A stretch of 64,000 bases of DNA from Hydrolagus colliei (lineage: Eukaryota). Location: positions 5,084,001 through 5,148,000 of the forward strand of contig CM068761.1 of assembly GCA_035084275.1 (NCBI GenBank). The letters run 5' to 3'. Positions 1 to 12,845 of this stretch are shown piece by piece. The notes beneath the pieces were generated by a model. The model did no database searches. It had not been told where the DNA came from and was given only the letters and a program-made list of their open reading frames with translations. A program made the position numbers and the translations under genes. Every line of letters starts with the position of its first letter. The first letter of the stretch is position 1.

Positions 1-1239
1 TGATCTTCCCCTTCTTTTCTCCCTTGAATGTAAAATTTGTATTAGTCGATGTGTAAGACTACAGAAACTATTTGCGTTATTAGACCATCATTTACCCATT
101 TTCAATCCTGCGGTTATACACAACAGCTTGCATTGATGTAGCGTTCCCTCACGCGGGGTAGAGTGCGTTTTAACACTTAACATTGCGCGGCATTCAAATT
201 GTTGGAACCTTAACAATTGCCAACAACATTGCCTTGAGATGGCCTTGTGAGTCTGCAGTGAAGTTGCTAATGTTAGGCTCCAAACATTGTCATGAAAGCG
301 GTGCAAAGAATCACGCAAATCCTTGTGTGTTGGTTCCAGTTGTACTTCTTCCGCCTTTGGCACATTAGAGCCAGTGTTTTGACAGACCTGATTTGCTGCC
401 TAATAAGCAACTCAGATATTGGTGATCGGGGGAAGCTTTTAACATATAAACATTTTGAAGCCCAGTTGGGTTGTTTGGTTTTGAATAAGTGGCGGAATAG
501 AGAAAACGGGAGCTTTAATTGAATAGGTTTTGCTTTAAAAAGACTCAGGGGTTCCAAGTGGTTTTGTTCAATATGATTGATCCCCAAAATTTTGCTCAGG
601 TTGACATTTAAAACGGGCTGCGGAAGGGAAACAAAAAAGGTGGCCTGAATACCCATGGTTACCTCTTGTGTCATTACAAGGTTGGGAGATTAAGCTCGAA
701 TTTAAATGGCAAAGTCATTGCAAACAATCCAATTGAAAATACCAGAGCAAACCTTTTGAATTCAGAACCTCCAACCCACCTCCCCTTTCCTGGCATTTAC
801 AAATTTATCCCTTGTCCCACTTTATAAGCCTCTCAGCATTATTGGCATTGCTGGCTGTGTAGAGGGTAAGTAATCTAGTACAATTGGCTTTAAACAAGTG
901 CAAGTTAGATACCCATTTTTTTTGTGAAAAGAAAACAGAAACACAAGGATTTCCAACACGGAGACTGTTGTATAACATTTGGTAAGATCTATGGAACATT
1001 TCTCAAATATCCCCATTGCTGCCATTCTGACACAGATGGAATGAAAGAATTTTCTCCAGAAATCCCTCACACGTTACAACAACTACGACAAACAAATTAC
1101 ATTTGTATAACAACTTCATCAAGAATTTGCCTTTATATAGCGCCCATCGTGCAAGGTGGCATCTCAGAGTACTTAGACATTACATTGAATGAGTAAGAAT
1201 TAATTCATGAATTACATAAATTGGGTAATAATGGCTCGA

Positions 1240-1428
1240 AAAAAATGGTCACTCTGTCCACGACTGTTTGCGGGATACTGCTGTGTACAATTGGCTGCCG
1301 CGTTTCGCCTACGTAATAGTTAATTCAGTTTACAGTATATCCTGTGAAGCACTTTGAGACATCTCATTTACGAGATAAGATGCTGTATCAAATATAAGGA
1401 TGTTTATTATTATTAAGATTATTATTAA
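1240..1428 (+). mobile_element. 5'-truncated SINE copy
   Basis: aattggctgccgcgtttcgcc...tttacagtatatcctgtgaagcactttgagac...tatcaaat and a (TTA)n tail. Confidence 0.85.
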
Positions 1429-1624
1429 TGGGAAAATAAACCATTTGGCCCAACCTGTCTAACCGCCCCCTGGAGTTGGTAAGTGTGTGTGTGCTCTAGA
1501 TGTTACTGTGCATGAGGGGTGCAATCTAAATGCAAGTTGTTTTTGTTGCTGTGTGTGAGTGTGTGCATGTGTTGGGAGGGAAGGGACTTTGTCCAGTAGA
1601 CTTGCACATTCCCACATATGTGAA

Positions 1625-1798
1625 NNNNNNNNNNNNNNNNNNNNNNNNNNNNNNNNNNNNNNNNNNNNNNNNNNNNNNNNNNNNNNNNNNNNNNNNNNNN
1701 NNNNNNNNNNNNNNNNNNNNNNNNNNNNNNNNNNNNNNNNNNNNNNNNNNNNNNNNNNNNNNNNNNNNNNNNNNNNNNNNNNNNNNNNNNNNNNNNNN
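1625..1798. other. Assembly gap (174 N)
   Basis: Run of N in the sequence. Confidence 1.
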
Positions 1799-2760
1799 CC
1801 ATTTCACTCTGTCCGAGATTAGTTAATTTGGCACAAAATTGATATTTCTCATTTTTACACTTCCTATTGTGTTATCCAATTATATGGAGCATTCGCATCA
1901 AAACCAATCGCACATTTGTAATGTTGTCAAATTGGAAATACCAAATAAATAGAAGGTCTCTCAAAAACTGGCACTCGAAATAAGTGTAATTTGATGTTTG
2001 ACCATGGAATATTTACAAAAGTACACTGTAAAAATACACAGCCGTGAAAACAGATTTTTCACTTGTGATCTAGGCTTTGACGTGAGAGAGGGGAGGGAGG
2101 GTTGCGTAATAATAATAATCATCCCTCCATTTCATATAGAGCCTTATCATGTCATTTAGATGTTTCAAAGCGCTTCACGGAATATATTGTCAAGTGATAT
2201 TGGATGGAGAGAGACAATTAGATAAAACAGTTTCTAAACAATCTTTAAAGCTCGGCTTCATTTTCTGCACACTATTTGCGAAAAAAAATCGAATGATACA
2301 TCATCTAGCATTAAACACACTGATGGAAAGTAAGTCACTCTCCTTAATGTTTTGAGACGTAATGTTAGAGGCGCAATGTCAGATTCGAGTGTTAGTACAA
2401 TCGCTTTGAAGAGAGGTCGCATAACTTATTTTTGCTAGTGATTTCTCATCGCAAGATACAACAGGGAATTTTGGAGGGCCAACTCCAAGAGGCAAATTTA
2501 TGCTTCTAAGTTTCGGATGCACAACGCTGTCTGTTCTTCTCTATCATTTATTCTGAGTGGATGGACGAGAGCCTGGAGAAGGCTGGCAGATTCAACTATG
2601 AATGTCCAGATGGCATCACCTGCAGCAATGATTGCACCATGGGGCTCATGTGATAGCTAGCTAAGCTCAGTACTCATTGATTCAGTCTCGATAGCCTTTT
2701 ACACAGTGTATAGGCAGCGGAATGGAATGGCTTATGCAGCATTGGCAAACAGAAACATGT

Positions 2761-2960
2761 GGACACTCAATCCACGACTGCTTGTGGGTCTCTGCCGTGC
2801 ACCATTGGCTGCCACGTTTCGCCCACAAAATACACAGCTTCACAGAATATAATAATAATCCTTGCATATAGCGCTTTTCACATCTTATCGATGTCTCAAA
2901 GCGCTTCACAGAATTTACCGTAAAGTGAATTGACTGCATATTTGTGAGCGAAACGTGGCA
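2761..2960. mobile_element. Inverted pair of SINE 3' fragments (plus about 2761-2835, minus about 2851-2960)
   Basis: cattggctgccacgtttcgcccacaaaata followed by aataataatccttgcat...tatttgtgagcgaaacgtggca. Confidence 0.8.
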
Positions 2961-4009
2961 ATATGTTTTGAAGTGGGTTGAGTGTGTATTTTCTAGGCAG
3001 GCTGCAGCAAAATGGAAACAGTAGCTTTTACGTTTGCATTGAAGATATTGTATTGTGGATGAACTGTGCGGTTCCGGTGAGTGCTGGGATGCAGGTTTGC
3101 TTCGCAATGAGCTTGACTGGGGAGGTGCTGAACGGAGAGATGTTAACACAGTGGCTTCCACTTAGGTGAACTCCCACATTCCCACATCCCCTCCGCCCCC
3201 ATTCCCGCACCCCCCCCACCCCGCCGTATTTCATTAATGCTGCATTAATATTGCACAACGCTTCCTAGAACACCTGCTTCCTGCCCTGATGCTATTTACA
3301 TCGCGAGGCACCGATAGATATGCAGGTCCACGCTGTCTGATGTGAAAGCTGGCTGACTTACCTTGTCCCAGTGGCAGAGGAATGTCAGGGAGGCCATTGT
3401 TGTTAGGTTGGCACGACTGTTGGGGGGAAGCATCTCGTCTGGTGTGCACAGACCTTGCTTACATGACCCAAAGTAGTTAGCAGTCACTGGGCACAAACCT
3501 CAACCACGGGCAGAAACGACTGAGCTGTAGAAATTCCCCGCTCGCTTCACCTCAGTTTTGTTTGAAAGTTCAGAGTATATACTTGGCATCAGTTAATAGG
3601 GACGTGATTAATGAGTGCATTTTCTTTAAAAGGGACATTCTCTCAGGCACCATTTGATTCTCAATGTATTTAAATCAGTACTGATAGCTTTTGCTTAATT
3701 ACAGACAACAGAATAGGCCAATTTACTTTCCATCAGGGCTTTCCAATTAAGAGGATTCAACTCTATTTGCAAGAATTGGATGATAGTTAAAGTTGCAAAA
3801 CTTGCCTATAGGTACCAGAGTTGTCATCTTTGAGTCAAGCTTCACCCTATAAATAATGACGGATAGACGAGTTAATCTGTAATAATTATAGGCATGAGTG
3901 CCTTTTTGAGATAGTTTTAGGCAGTAACCCAATTATGATCCCAAAGTAACTCTTTCGGCAAGAAACAGGTGAATTCAAATCAGCCCAACAACTATTATCC
4001 CATAGTAAT

Positions 4010-4180
4010 CCACAACTGTTTGTGAGACACTGTTGTGTCCATTTGGCTGCTGTGTTTCGCCCACAAAATACACAAGACAATTCACTTTGCGGTACGTTCT
4101 TCGAAGCGCTTTGAGACGTCACCAGGTGGTACGGCGCTATATCAAATGCCAGGTTATTATTATTATTATTATTACTATTA
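4010..4180 (+). mobile_element. 5'-truncated SINE copy with (TTA)n tail
   Basis: tttggctgctgtgtttcgcccacaaaata...gaagcgctttgagacgtc...gcgctatatcaaatgc(ttatta)n. Confidence 0.85.
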
Positions 4181-5079
4181 ATGGGTCAAAACGAAAAAAG
4201 TTCTGAATTGGAACTAAACTGTTCACATAAGCTAACAGAAAAAACAGCCTACAAACATTCACCAATCTGTGGATGTTATGTGGAGCAAAACGTTCATCTA
4301 AAGAATGATTGCTATTACCTGAAGGCAATGCGAAACAGACAACAAATTATATACTGTATTCTGTGGAACAGTGATACCTGAAGGAGGCGAATGATCTATT
4401 TGGGTATCACGAACAAAGAAAATAACAATAACACTGCAGCATAATACAGCACATGTCTCGCCAGGACTGCCCTAGGGCTTTGGCTAACAGGGTTATTGGC
4501 ACAGCTAAACCTTACTAGTCTGTGCTGGGCTATTGCAGACCTGGTGAGGATGAAGTGGGAGACCAAATTGGGAGCATTTCTGATCAAACAACATATTTTC
4601 ATCAGCATGTTTCTGTAAGAAGGATTGAATATTAAAAAAAAGAGGTTGGGTGGGGGGGGGGGGGGGGGGGGTCGAGGAAGGGGGAGTTTGCTTTGCTTGT
4701 GAGGGTAACTGCATCAATGTGATAATTGGTTTTTTGACCAACTTGCTTATCTTTAGTCTCCAGAAGAACATTGTTTAAATGTGCAAAGCAGCAGGTGAAA
4801 TGCAAATGCTCAGCGCATACTTTAATTCCATCTTGGTGAAGAAAAAAAAGATTTTGGGGGGAGCGAGCTGCAGTACAGGCTCAGCGAGTTTATTCAGTGA
4901 GTAGTCATGCAGACTGACTGGAAAGGGCTCAAGTTCAATCAGCTGAGGGAGCTCCAACTCGACTCACCTCCCTAGTTAGGGGAAGAAAAATAAATTAGCC
5001 AAAGGCTCCAATACCCAATTAATGATCCGAGAGACCTACACATTTGGATTCCGGGTGCAAACATGGAGAGTTGAGCGAA

Positions 5080-5363
5080 GTCCTGCAGTGCATTGTTTAG
5101 AGCGCCCGCCTTGGATCGACTCCCAGGCAGGGCGAAACATCAAGCAACACCAAACATCTTACTCTACACTCCTATGTTTATCTAGCAGTAAGTGGGAACC
5201 CACCATTTGTGGGACACTGCCGTATGCAATTGGCTGCCGCGTTTCACCCACAAATTTCGTCAAATCACTTCACAATATATTCTCGGAAGCATTTTGAGAC
5301 GTGAAAGACGTGAAGGAGACATGAAAAGCGCTGCATCAAATGCAAGGATTAGTTTTATTATTA
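5080..5363 (+). mobile_element. tRNA-derived SINE with degraded head
   Basis: tttagagcgcccgcc...tcgactcccaggcagggcgaaac head remnant, aattggctgccgcgtttcacccacaaa body and atcaaatgcaaggattag tail. Confidence 0.82.
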
Positions 5364-6285
5364 CAACAATATGAGACTGAATTGATCTAATGCCTACATT
5401 TTGAATGACAGCTTTTAATGACGAGCTCGTCTTTCAGTCCCTCGAAGGTCATATGAATTTTCCAACTCAAATCAATCTCTAACTTTTGCTGGCTCCATTT
5501 CCTATCCTTCTTTTATTTATAACTGTTGCTTTATTAATTTCTCTCTTCAGATTGCATATTACAACACCATCTCTTGTCCCTTGCCAGGCTTGGAATGCAT
5601 TCCCGCCCTTTCCATCCTCAGTTATATTGAAGTCAAACCTCAGCATGCTGTCTGTCTCCCCACTGCACTAATTTCCATTTCCAGGACCTCAAATATTACA
5701 AAACTCCTCACACAATTGACGCGCTTCTAAACCAAAAGCATGGCATTAACTAATCACATAGCTCGACTGATGTCCTATGCTACACTTCAACCTTGGTGGC
5801 ATGCTGGCTCCAGTCCATCAAACAGTTTGTGAATAACTTGTGAAAAATGGGAAAAGTCCTTCAGAACTTATTCCATGGGGTTTTAGGTTAATCGGACCAT
5901 AAATACGAGCATGGGAATCTTGGCCAAAACTATTTTTTGTTCTCCTACACAGTATTTGAAGTATCTCCGGAAGGTGAAGTCATTTTGCTTAGCGCACACT
6001 TCACCAAATAACACTGCGCGGGTTTTCTGTGCAACTGGAGATCCTCCGGGCACTGACAGCTCTTCTCTCAATAAACCTGTATGCCATTCGAACGCGATTC
6101 CTCTCAGTGAGTGAGTGATTAGGTTTTGCCAGCTGTCTGCCAAACTGCTGGAAGGAGCGCTTCAAAGCGATGAAGTGCTACTGCTGTTCCTCTTTGGAGA
6201 GGCTACGGAATGAGAAAGCGAGAAGATTGGAACAAGCCTGCCTTGCTGAAGCACGCCTCTTATTGGCCATTCGTGAAGCCAGTTG

Positions 6286-6405
6286 TAAAGCGCTTCACAG
6301 CTGTAAAGTGAATTAACTGCATATTTGTGGGCGAAATGCGGCAGCCAACTGCGCACAGCGGTGTCCCACAAACAGTCGTGGATTGAAATGATCCATTTTT
6401 ATTAT
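6286..6405 (-). mobile_element. SINE body fragment
   Basis: aaagcgcttcacagctgtaaagtgaattaactgcatatttgtgggcgaaatgcggcagccaa. Confidence 0.8.
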
Positions 6406-6605
6406 TGTGCTTTTAAAACACTGTATTCAATTAGGAATGTATAAATACAAATGTACTTCTATTGAGGCAGATGCTTATTGAAACAGCAACAAGCTGAGAG
6501 TGCATTGAGGTTTAGTGACTACACTGCTGACGATTGGGAAAGCTTGTATAGCTTTCATCTCTCACTTGGGAAACTTACAAGCGATACTAAAGTTAGGTAA
6601 TAATA

Positions 6606-7245
6606 AAACAAAAAGGCAATATACTGCAGATGCTGGAAGTCTGAAACAAAGACAGAAGTCTCTGGGAACACTCAGCAGGTCAGGCAGCATCTGTGGAGAA
6701 AGGAAGGCCAGTCAACGTTTTGGGTCCACGACCCTTCATCAGAACTGAGGGAGAGGCTTTTAAGGACTGACAGAGAAGGGGGACATCAATCTGCTAGGGA
6801 CCTTACAGTGCTCTGGCATCAATATTGATTTCAACAATTTCAGACCACAACAGCCCACCTTTCCCCTCCGAATCTTCTGTGACCACTATCACAGCATCCA
6901 GATCCCAGATACACCTCTCTGGTCTGACTGTTCTGTTGCAATTCCCCCACTCTTTGTTTCGCATTATTAATTCCTATTCTCTCCAGTTTTGTTGCAACCA
7001 CCACCCCCATCATTTGTTTTGTAACATTAACACCCCTTTAACCCATCATCATCTCCTGTCCTTTACCCCATTTTATCCTTGGTTTTCCCTGCCCTGCCTC
7101 CTCCTCTCTGTTAAGTCTTTAAAAGCCTCCCCCTCTCAAAATACCCCCAGTTCTGACGAAGGATCATGGAATCAAAACGTTGACTCACTTTTTCCATAGA
7201 CGTTGCCTGACCTGCTGAGTGTTTCCAGCAAATTCTATTTTTGCT
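6606..7245. mobile_element. Penelope-like retroelement remnant with inverted terminal (pLTR) copies
   Basis: 6606-6750 (ctcagcaggtcaggcagcatctgtggag...gtcaacgtttt...cttcatcagaactg) is the reverse complement of 7145-7245 (cagttctgacgaagg...aaaacgttgac...tgcctgacctgctgagtg). 6794-6844 translates LGTLQCSGINIDFNNFR, like the C-terminal end of Penelope GIY-YIG ORFs. Confidence 0.75.
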
Positions 7246-7249
7246 ATGT

Positions 7250-7430
7250 AATAATAATATAGACTAGAATAATCCTTGCATTTGATATAGTGTCTTATTA
7301 CAACAACAACAAAATTATATTTGTGTGAAGTCTTTCACATTCCCAAGGCACTGAGACACCTCAAAGAGCTTCACACTATATACTGTATATTTTGTGAGCA
7401 AAATGCATCAGCCAATGCACAGCAGTGTAC
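7250..7430 (-). mobile_element. SINE 3' fragment
   Basis: aataatccttgcatttgatatag...cttcacac...tttgtgagcaaaatgcatcagccaa. Confidence 0.7.
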
Positions 7431-10400
7431 ACAAGGCAACTTTTATGACAACATAGACTAACATTCAGTAACCCATAGAGAGTGGAGTATGCTACATGGA
7501 GAAAAACTGAATCTAATTAACAACTATTGTACTACTCTCGTACCCAAAGGTAATAAGAAGACAGACAAAGGGCTATTCCCTTCAATGCCTGTAGGAGGTG
7601 ATCTATTTGAGTATCATTGACGGCAAAAAAAATGTCAACTGGTCAGCAAGGATGTAGAATTACAATAGTACATGATACAGTACTGTGCTTCCTAGAACAT
7701 CTGATATAGAACCATAGAAAGTGGAAGGTCAGAGTTATGCTCAATATGCAGTTCAGCGGCTAGTCTGCACATAAAGTGACACATCACACTCGATGTGTGA
7801 AGTCTCTGTGTGGACTGCTGATTATATCATTCAGCACACACACTCACGCACTCCCCTTGGGAAAAAGTTTCTCGAGATAAAGGATTCTACAAGAACCTCG
7901 CTCAGCTTTCTGGGAGTTGGAAACAGTTTGGAGTTGGAATCCTGTCGCAATTGGTACAATTTTTTTTCATTAAAAAAAATATATAATTCTACACAAATAC
8001 ATTTAAAAAAGATTTGGTGAACGTGGGATGGATCAACGGATATTAAAAGAGTGCCACCTCCTGGAGGTTGAAAAGCATTGCACAAGTGCAGGACATTTCT
8101 CTCGCCACGAATGCTTGCAGTTATTTGTTAGAAGAATGCCTCAAATAAATACAAATCAAAATCAACCAAGTAGGGTTCCACACAGCAGCAGAAGAATGTC
8201 CCTGATAAGTTATTTAACTATCAAAAACTTGCTGCGGAACACAATCATTTAATTACTACAATTAAATGCAGAAACACAAATCCAGATTTTGTTTTTTTTT
8301 GCTGATGGGGCAATACACAATAACATTTGGATGGCATTGTATCTTTCTAGAGATCGTCCGCAGTACACTTTAGTACCCCGAGCAATCAATCTCTGAAATT
8401 CTGCATAAACGTTTTAAGATTTCCAATGGCAATCGACTAAAGAGTTCAGAACATGCAGCATGTGTTTCCACAGTCTAACCCTGGCCCGCTGTTCTTCACA
8501 GACAAAAGAATTCTCTACATCGATCACCAGTTAAGAGACATAGACTCTGTGGTCAGTCAGAATTATCTTATGATAAACACCGCCACTTGTGAGGTTGTCC
8601 ACCCCGTCCCCTCGGTGTTCCCCAGTCAGCCTCACATGGGGACTCATTCATCTCACTATTACTGAAAGGTAGGTATTAATTGTCTCTGTGCTACTCAGTC
8701 AAACCACCTGAGGTTCTTGGGTAGGAAGCACAGGATGGGGACCTGAGGAACTGTCAGACCTGTCACCATTTGGGTGGCTTCCAGAACCCCCCATGCGTAA
8801 GGCTGGAGGCGTAGACAAGGCCACAATTCTAGTGAAAGCTTTCCCCTATGGCCACAATCGCACTAACACTTATCTGAAAGGGATAGGATTTATATAGGTG
8901 CTGGCTATACTGTATATAATTATCATGAAGACTGAGGAATGAAAGCAGTGATCCTTAAAAAAAAACTATAACCCGCTGAGTCCGAATTTGATCCCATCTG
9001 TGCCATGTTGCCTTCTCTCAGCCGGGGGCAAAAACTGGCCCCAAAATGGTCTCAGTGCCTTGGGCAACATTCAGACGGCCCCTTCTGCAAAGGCACCTAA
9101 ATGGACAAGGCCAGACTTGACTGTGATTAAGCGTGTGTCTGTTCATTTTCACTGGGTCACCACATGGAAAATAGCTATTAGGCGAGGTTGTTGAGCAGCC
9201 ATCATTGCCTGAACTAAACTAAGGCATCAGAGAGCACCACTCGGAGAGAAGGGACAAGCCAACTACAGAACTGCTTTATTTATATGCAATAAACCTACAG
9301 TTGTGATGTAAGTTATGAAAGAACTACTTGTATTTATAGAGAGCCCGTCACGTGGGGCAGCGTCTCGGTGCGCTTAAACGCACACGCCACAATATTCCCA
9401 AGTCATTTGTATTTCACTGAACACGGTATCACTTTAGGATTCGTAAATGCATTTACCACATAGCTGCAGTCACCCAGGGAAATTCAGTTCAGGTTTGAAA
9501 CAATATATGACTAAGAAGACTTGAGAAAGTTGCTGGCCTGAGATGGGTGGGCCGAGGGCAGTGTTTCTCCTGCTGAACTAAACATAATGATTTGAATTCA
9601 GAAATCAGAGGCATTTGTGATATCTTGTGACCGAATGCTACACATCTCAGCTCCCGAGTGCTGCCAGGTGTCAGTACATAAGATTTTTGTTTCAAGGTCA
9701 GTCACTTTCTCTATGTATGTGAGAATGGGAGTACGTGAGTTAGAGACAGAGGCTTGCTTCTAGATTTCTAAACCCCTGGGTTAGAGGGAGATGAAAATCA
9801 GCCACGGTTAAACCCTTCATCATTTTCCAGGATCTTTGCGTGTGGATTTTGGTCGAAGATACAATTGGATTCAACTGTTATGCCCATTCTGGTTGATCAA
9901 CTGGGCAACACTCATAGTAGAGGTATATAATGTTCAGAGAGCTGCCAAACGGATACACTTGCTAGCCCCTGTAACTAGACAAGGATGGTATAATGTCTGC
10001 ACCAGCTGAAGGATGAAAATGCTGGTACAGGTCACCAGAAAGTTACAGCAGATTCAGGCAGTTATCAATTGAAAAAGATAATAAATATATAATAATTCTT
10101 TGATATTTGATATAGTGCCTTATTATATAGTTGAAACATCTCAAAATCCTCCCCAGAATATTGTATTGTAAAGTAGATTGACTGTATTGTGTGGGTGAAA
10201 CAATGCATAGATCAAAAAAGAAAATCAATGAATGTTGCAAAGACAGTGTGATGTAATGCAAAGCTTGAAGCAATGGTTAGAAAAGAAAAACACCATTAAA
10301 TGCTCATCAAGTGTAACCTACAGTTTCAATAAGCTTTCGCTTAACCCTCCATGTAGGCTAGAAGTGATTACACCAAAATTACAAAGGCAAATATTTCAAA

Positions 10401-11694
10401 ATAAAACTAGTGCAGCTGAGCTCAGGATTTATCCGGCTTCCTTTTCAGGCTATCATCAGAATTGAAACACACCAGTACAAATTCTCTCGAAAAGCAAATT
10501 ATTACTTTCAACACAATTTTATTTTAAGAAAATGTTACAAAAACATCACATTAAAGGGGGCATTTTCATCTTGCACACAACAGCCGATACCATTATTCAG
10601 TGGGTTAATCTCGGTCCAGTCATAAGGGAATTCAAACAGGTTATTCTTTTATCTGCGTGTTTATTTTAAGACAGGCTGCGTATTGCAAGGGGGAGAATCA
10701 CATTCACTGCACTCATTGATGTCCCTAGGCAGAACGTACGTCAAGTAAAAGAATGATCAATCAGTACTCAAATGCAATAAAGTGTTCTTAACATTTCAGC
10801 AACAGTGTTCAATGTCCCCACAGCCACCTCCACAAAGCGTCTTGATTGCATCCTTTCTATCCTGACCCTTGCTTTTTCACCCCTAACGTCAAACCCAAAT
10901 CATTTTTTTCTGCTTCTTCCTTGCAGCAAGGACTGACAGGTGAGAACGAAGCCCTTGAAAATCATCCTCTCCAATTCCCTTCATACGCATCAGCCAGACA
11001 AGCCTGGGTGATTTCTAGCTACAAACTGAGAAATTACCATTTGAAAAAAGTGCCATCAGACGGTCTGTCTCGAGGGTGAAAATTAAAATCTTCTACCTTG
11101 GAAGATCCATAGGGAATTCATATTCACAGAATTTCAACCCCCATCATCAGAGGAGATTGCCATAGAACTGACATCTTCTCATTTCATCAGTCTAATGCTA
11201 ATTTTAATAGTACATGTCTAACTTTAATACAGAAACGGGTTTGAGCAATGCAGTATGTCCATCTCACAATGTAGTACTTTCAACTACAGTATTTCAATGT
11301 ATTGCAAATGTACCAAAATAAATTTACACATAATTAGTTCTAGAAACTGCTCAAGTTAAAATTCCAAACGATAAAACCTCCCGGCTTCATTTAAACCCAC
11401 ATTCCGTACTTTTAAATGCAAATATTTGGAAAAGTCCTTAAATAGATAAGACACTCCATGGTTACATTTTGAATATGAAATTTGTGTAAGGATTGAGGTG
11501 CATCAAATTACTTGCCTATGATAAAGCTTAAGAGTGATTTATTTGTGCAACTTCGCCCTTCATGTTTGAGATGAATCTATTGAATGTTCTGATCATTGTC
11601 TCCCCTCCTATCCTGAAGGTACCAATCGTGGTTCGGGTAAGGGGGTGGCAGCCCTTGCACTACCTCGTTCATTAGCTCATTCCTTATACATGAA

Positions 11695-11812
11695 TGCGTT
11701 TTGCCCACAAAATAGACAGTCAATTCCCTTTACAGTATATTCTGTGAAGCGCTTTGAGACATCTCAAAGACACGATAATGCGCTGTATCAAATGCAAGGA
11801 TTATTATTATTA
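11695..11812 (+). mobile_element. SINE 3' fragment. Further fragments lie at about 2107-2198, 10090-10200, 17000-17135, 19700-19790, 27045-27175, 33465-33545 and 46775-46890.
   Basis: gcgttttgcccacaaaatagacagtcaattccctttacagtatattctgtgaagcgctttgagac...aaatgcaaggattattattatta. Confidence 0.85.
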
Positions 11813-12629
11813 CATGCGCCCAGGCAACAGTTGTTGGCAGTCAATTTGACAATAGGGGATATAAAAATTGCCCTACCTTATACATTCCCAATGTGTACAC
11901 AAATGCACTTCCCGGAGTCAATGGATAGAAATCTGCCGTTTTTTAAATTCAATGGCACCAAGATCAATTGTCATAAAAATGTATTTTAACAAATCTTACA
12001 AATCTCAAATCCTTGAGAATCTGATAGTTAAAAACATTTAAAACATAATCTCAGCAGATAGATAGATTCTGTGGATCAGTGATGCAGTTGGCAACCTATG
12101 ATCTGCTATTAACTCAAGCGCAGCACTCTAAACAAAGCCCTGATGTCTAGTTATACTTCAATCAGTCAGAAACTAATAGTTAATTTTTTTTTCAATGAAA
12201 AAAACTAAAGTTAAAAGAAAAACTAAAGTATTTTGAAAGAAAACCTGAAATAATTGGGAAGAAGCTGAAGGAAAGCAATTCCAGATTTTTTGGACTGAAT
12301 AAATCATGCACAGTAGAATATCAACTTTACCCAACACTCCATACATACAGTATAACACAGTACACAGTCTGTGATGCAATTACAATCACCCAAAACAATA
12401 AGTATGTATATTTTGCCCCAACATTCAACCACTTGCTTGCAAGAAATTACTGCCTGTCTGTCTCATAGGTTGTGCTTCCGAAATAAAAATCTAAAATTAG
12501 AATAAAATTAAAAGTATCCTTCTTAGGGCAATATTGACCTCATTGAACAAAATGTATAATTTTAACTTAAAATAAAAAATTAATCACTTTCCCAAATGAC
12601 CAGTTTGTGATATATTTCTCTTGTGTGAA

Positions 12630-12845
12630 ATTAAGCCAGGCAACCAAACGCTTCGATCCTGGTGTATGTGGACTTCGGTCCCGGTCTGCGTGGCATTAGC
12701 CGACTGCTGGAGAGTGCATGTGGATGGATATTGGGCTTTGGTATGCCCCTGATCGAATAGCTTGCCAACACTTGTCCACTTGGAAGAGGTACTGGAGCGT
12801 AGCTGAAGCCCATGGAACCGAATACCAGCAGGAGGCCGTGCCTGG
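12630..12845 (+). mobile_element. Best-preserved copy of a second, older SINE-like dispersed repeat
   Basis: B-box-like ttcgatcctgg. Motifs shared with other loci: gaatagcttgccaacac (12755) vs gaatagcctaccaactc (19941); ccacttggaagaggt vs ctattaggcgaggt (about 9175). Confidence 0.5.

Noticed and set aside
4646-4685. Poly-G/poly-C runs as functional G-quadruplexes (also 12846-12874 and 30767-30792)
   Set aside because: Simple homopolymer tracts, common and error-prone in assemblies; no supporting context.
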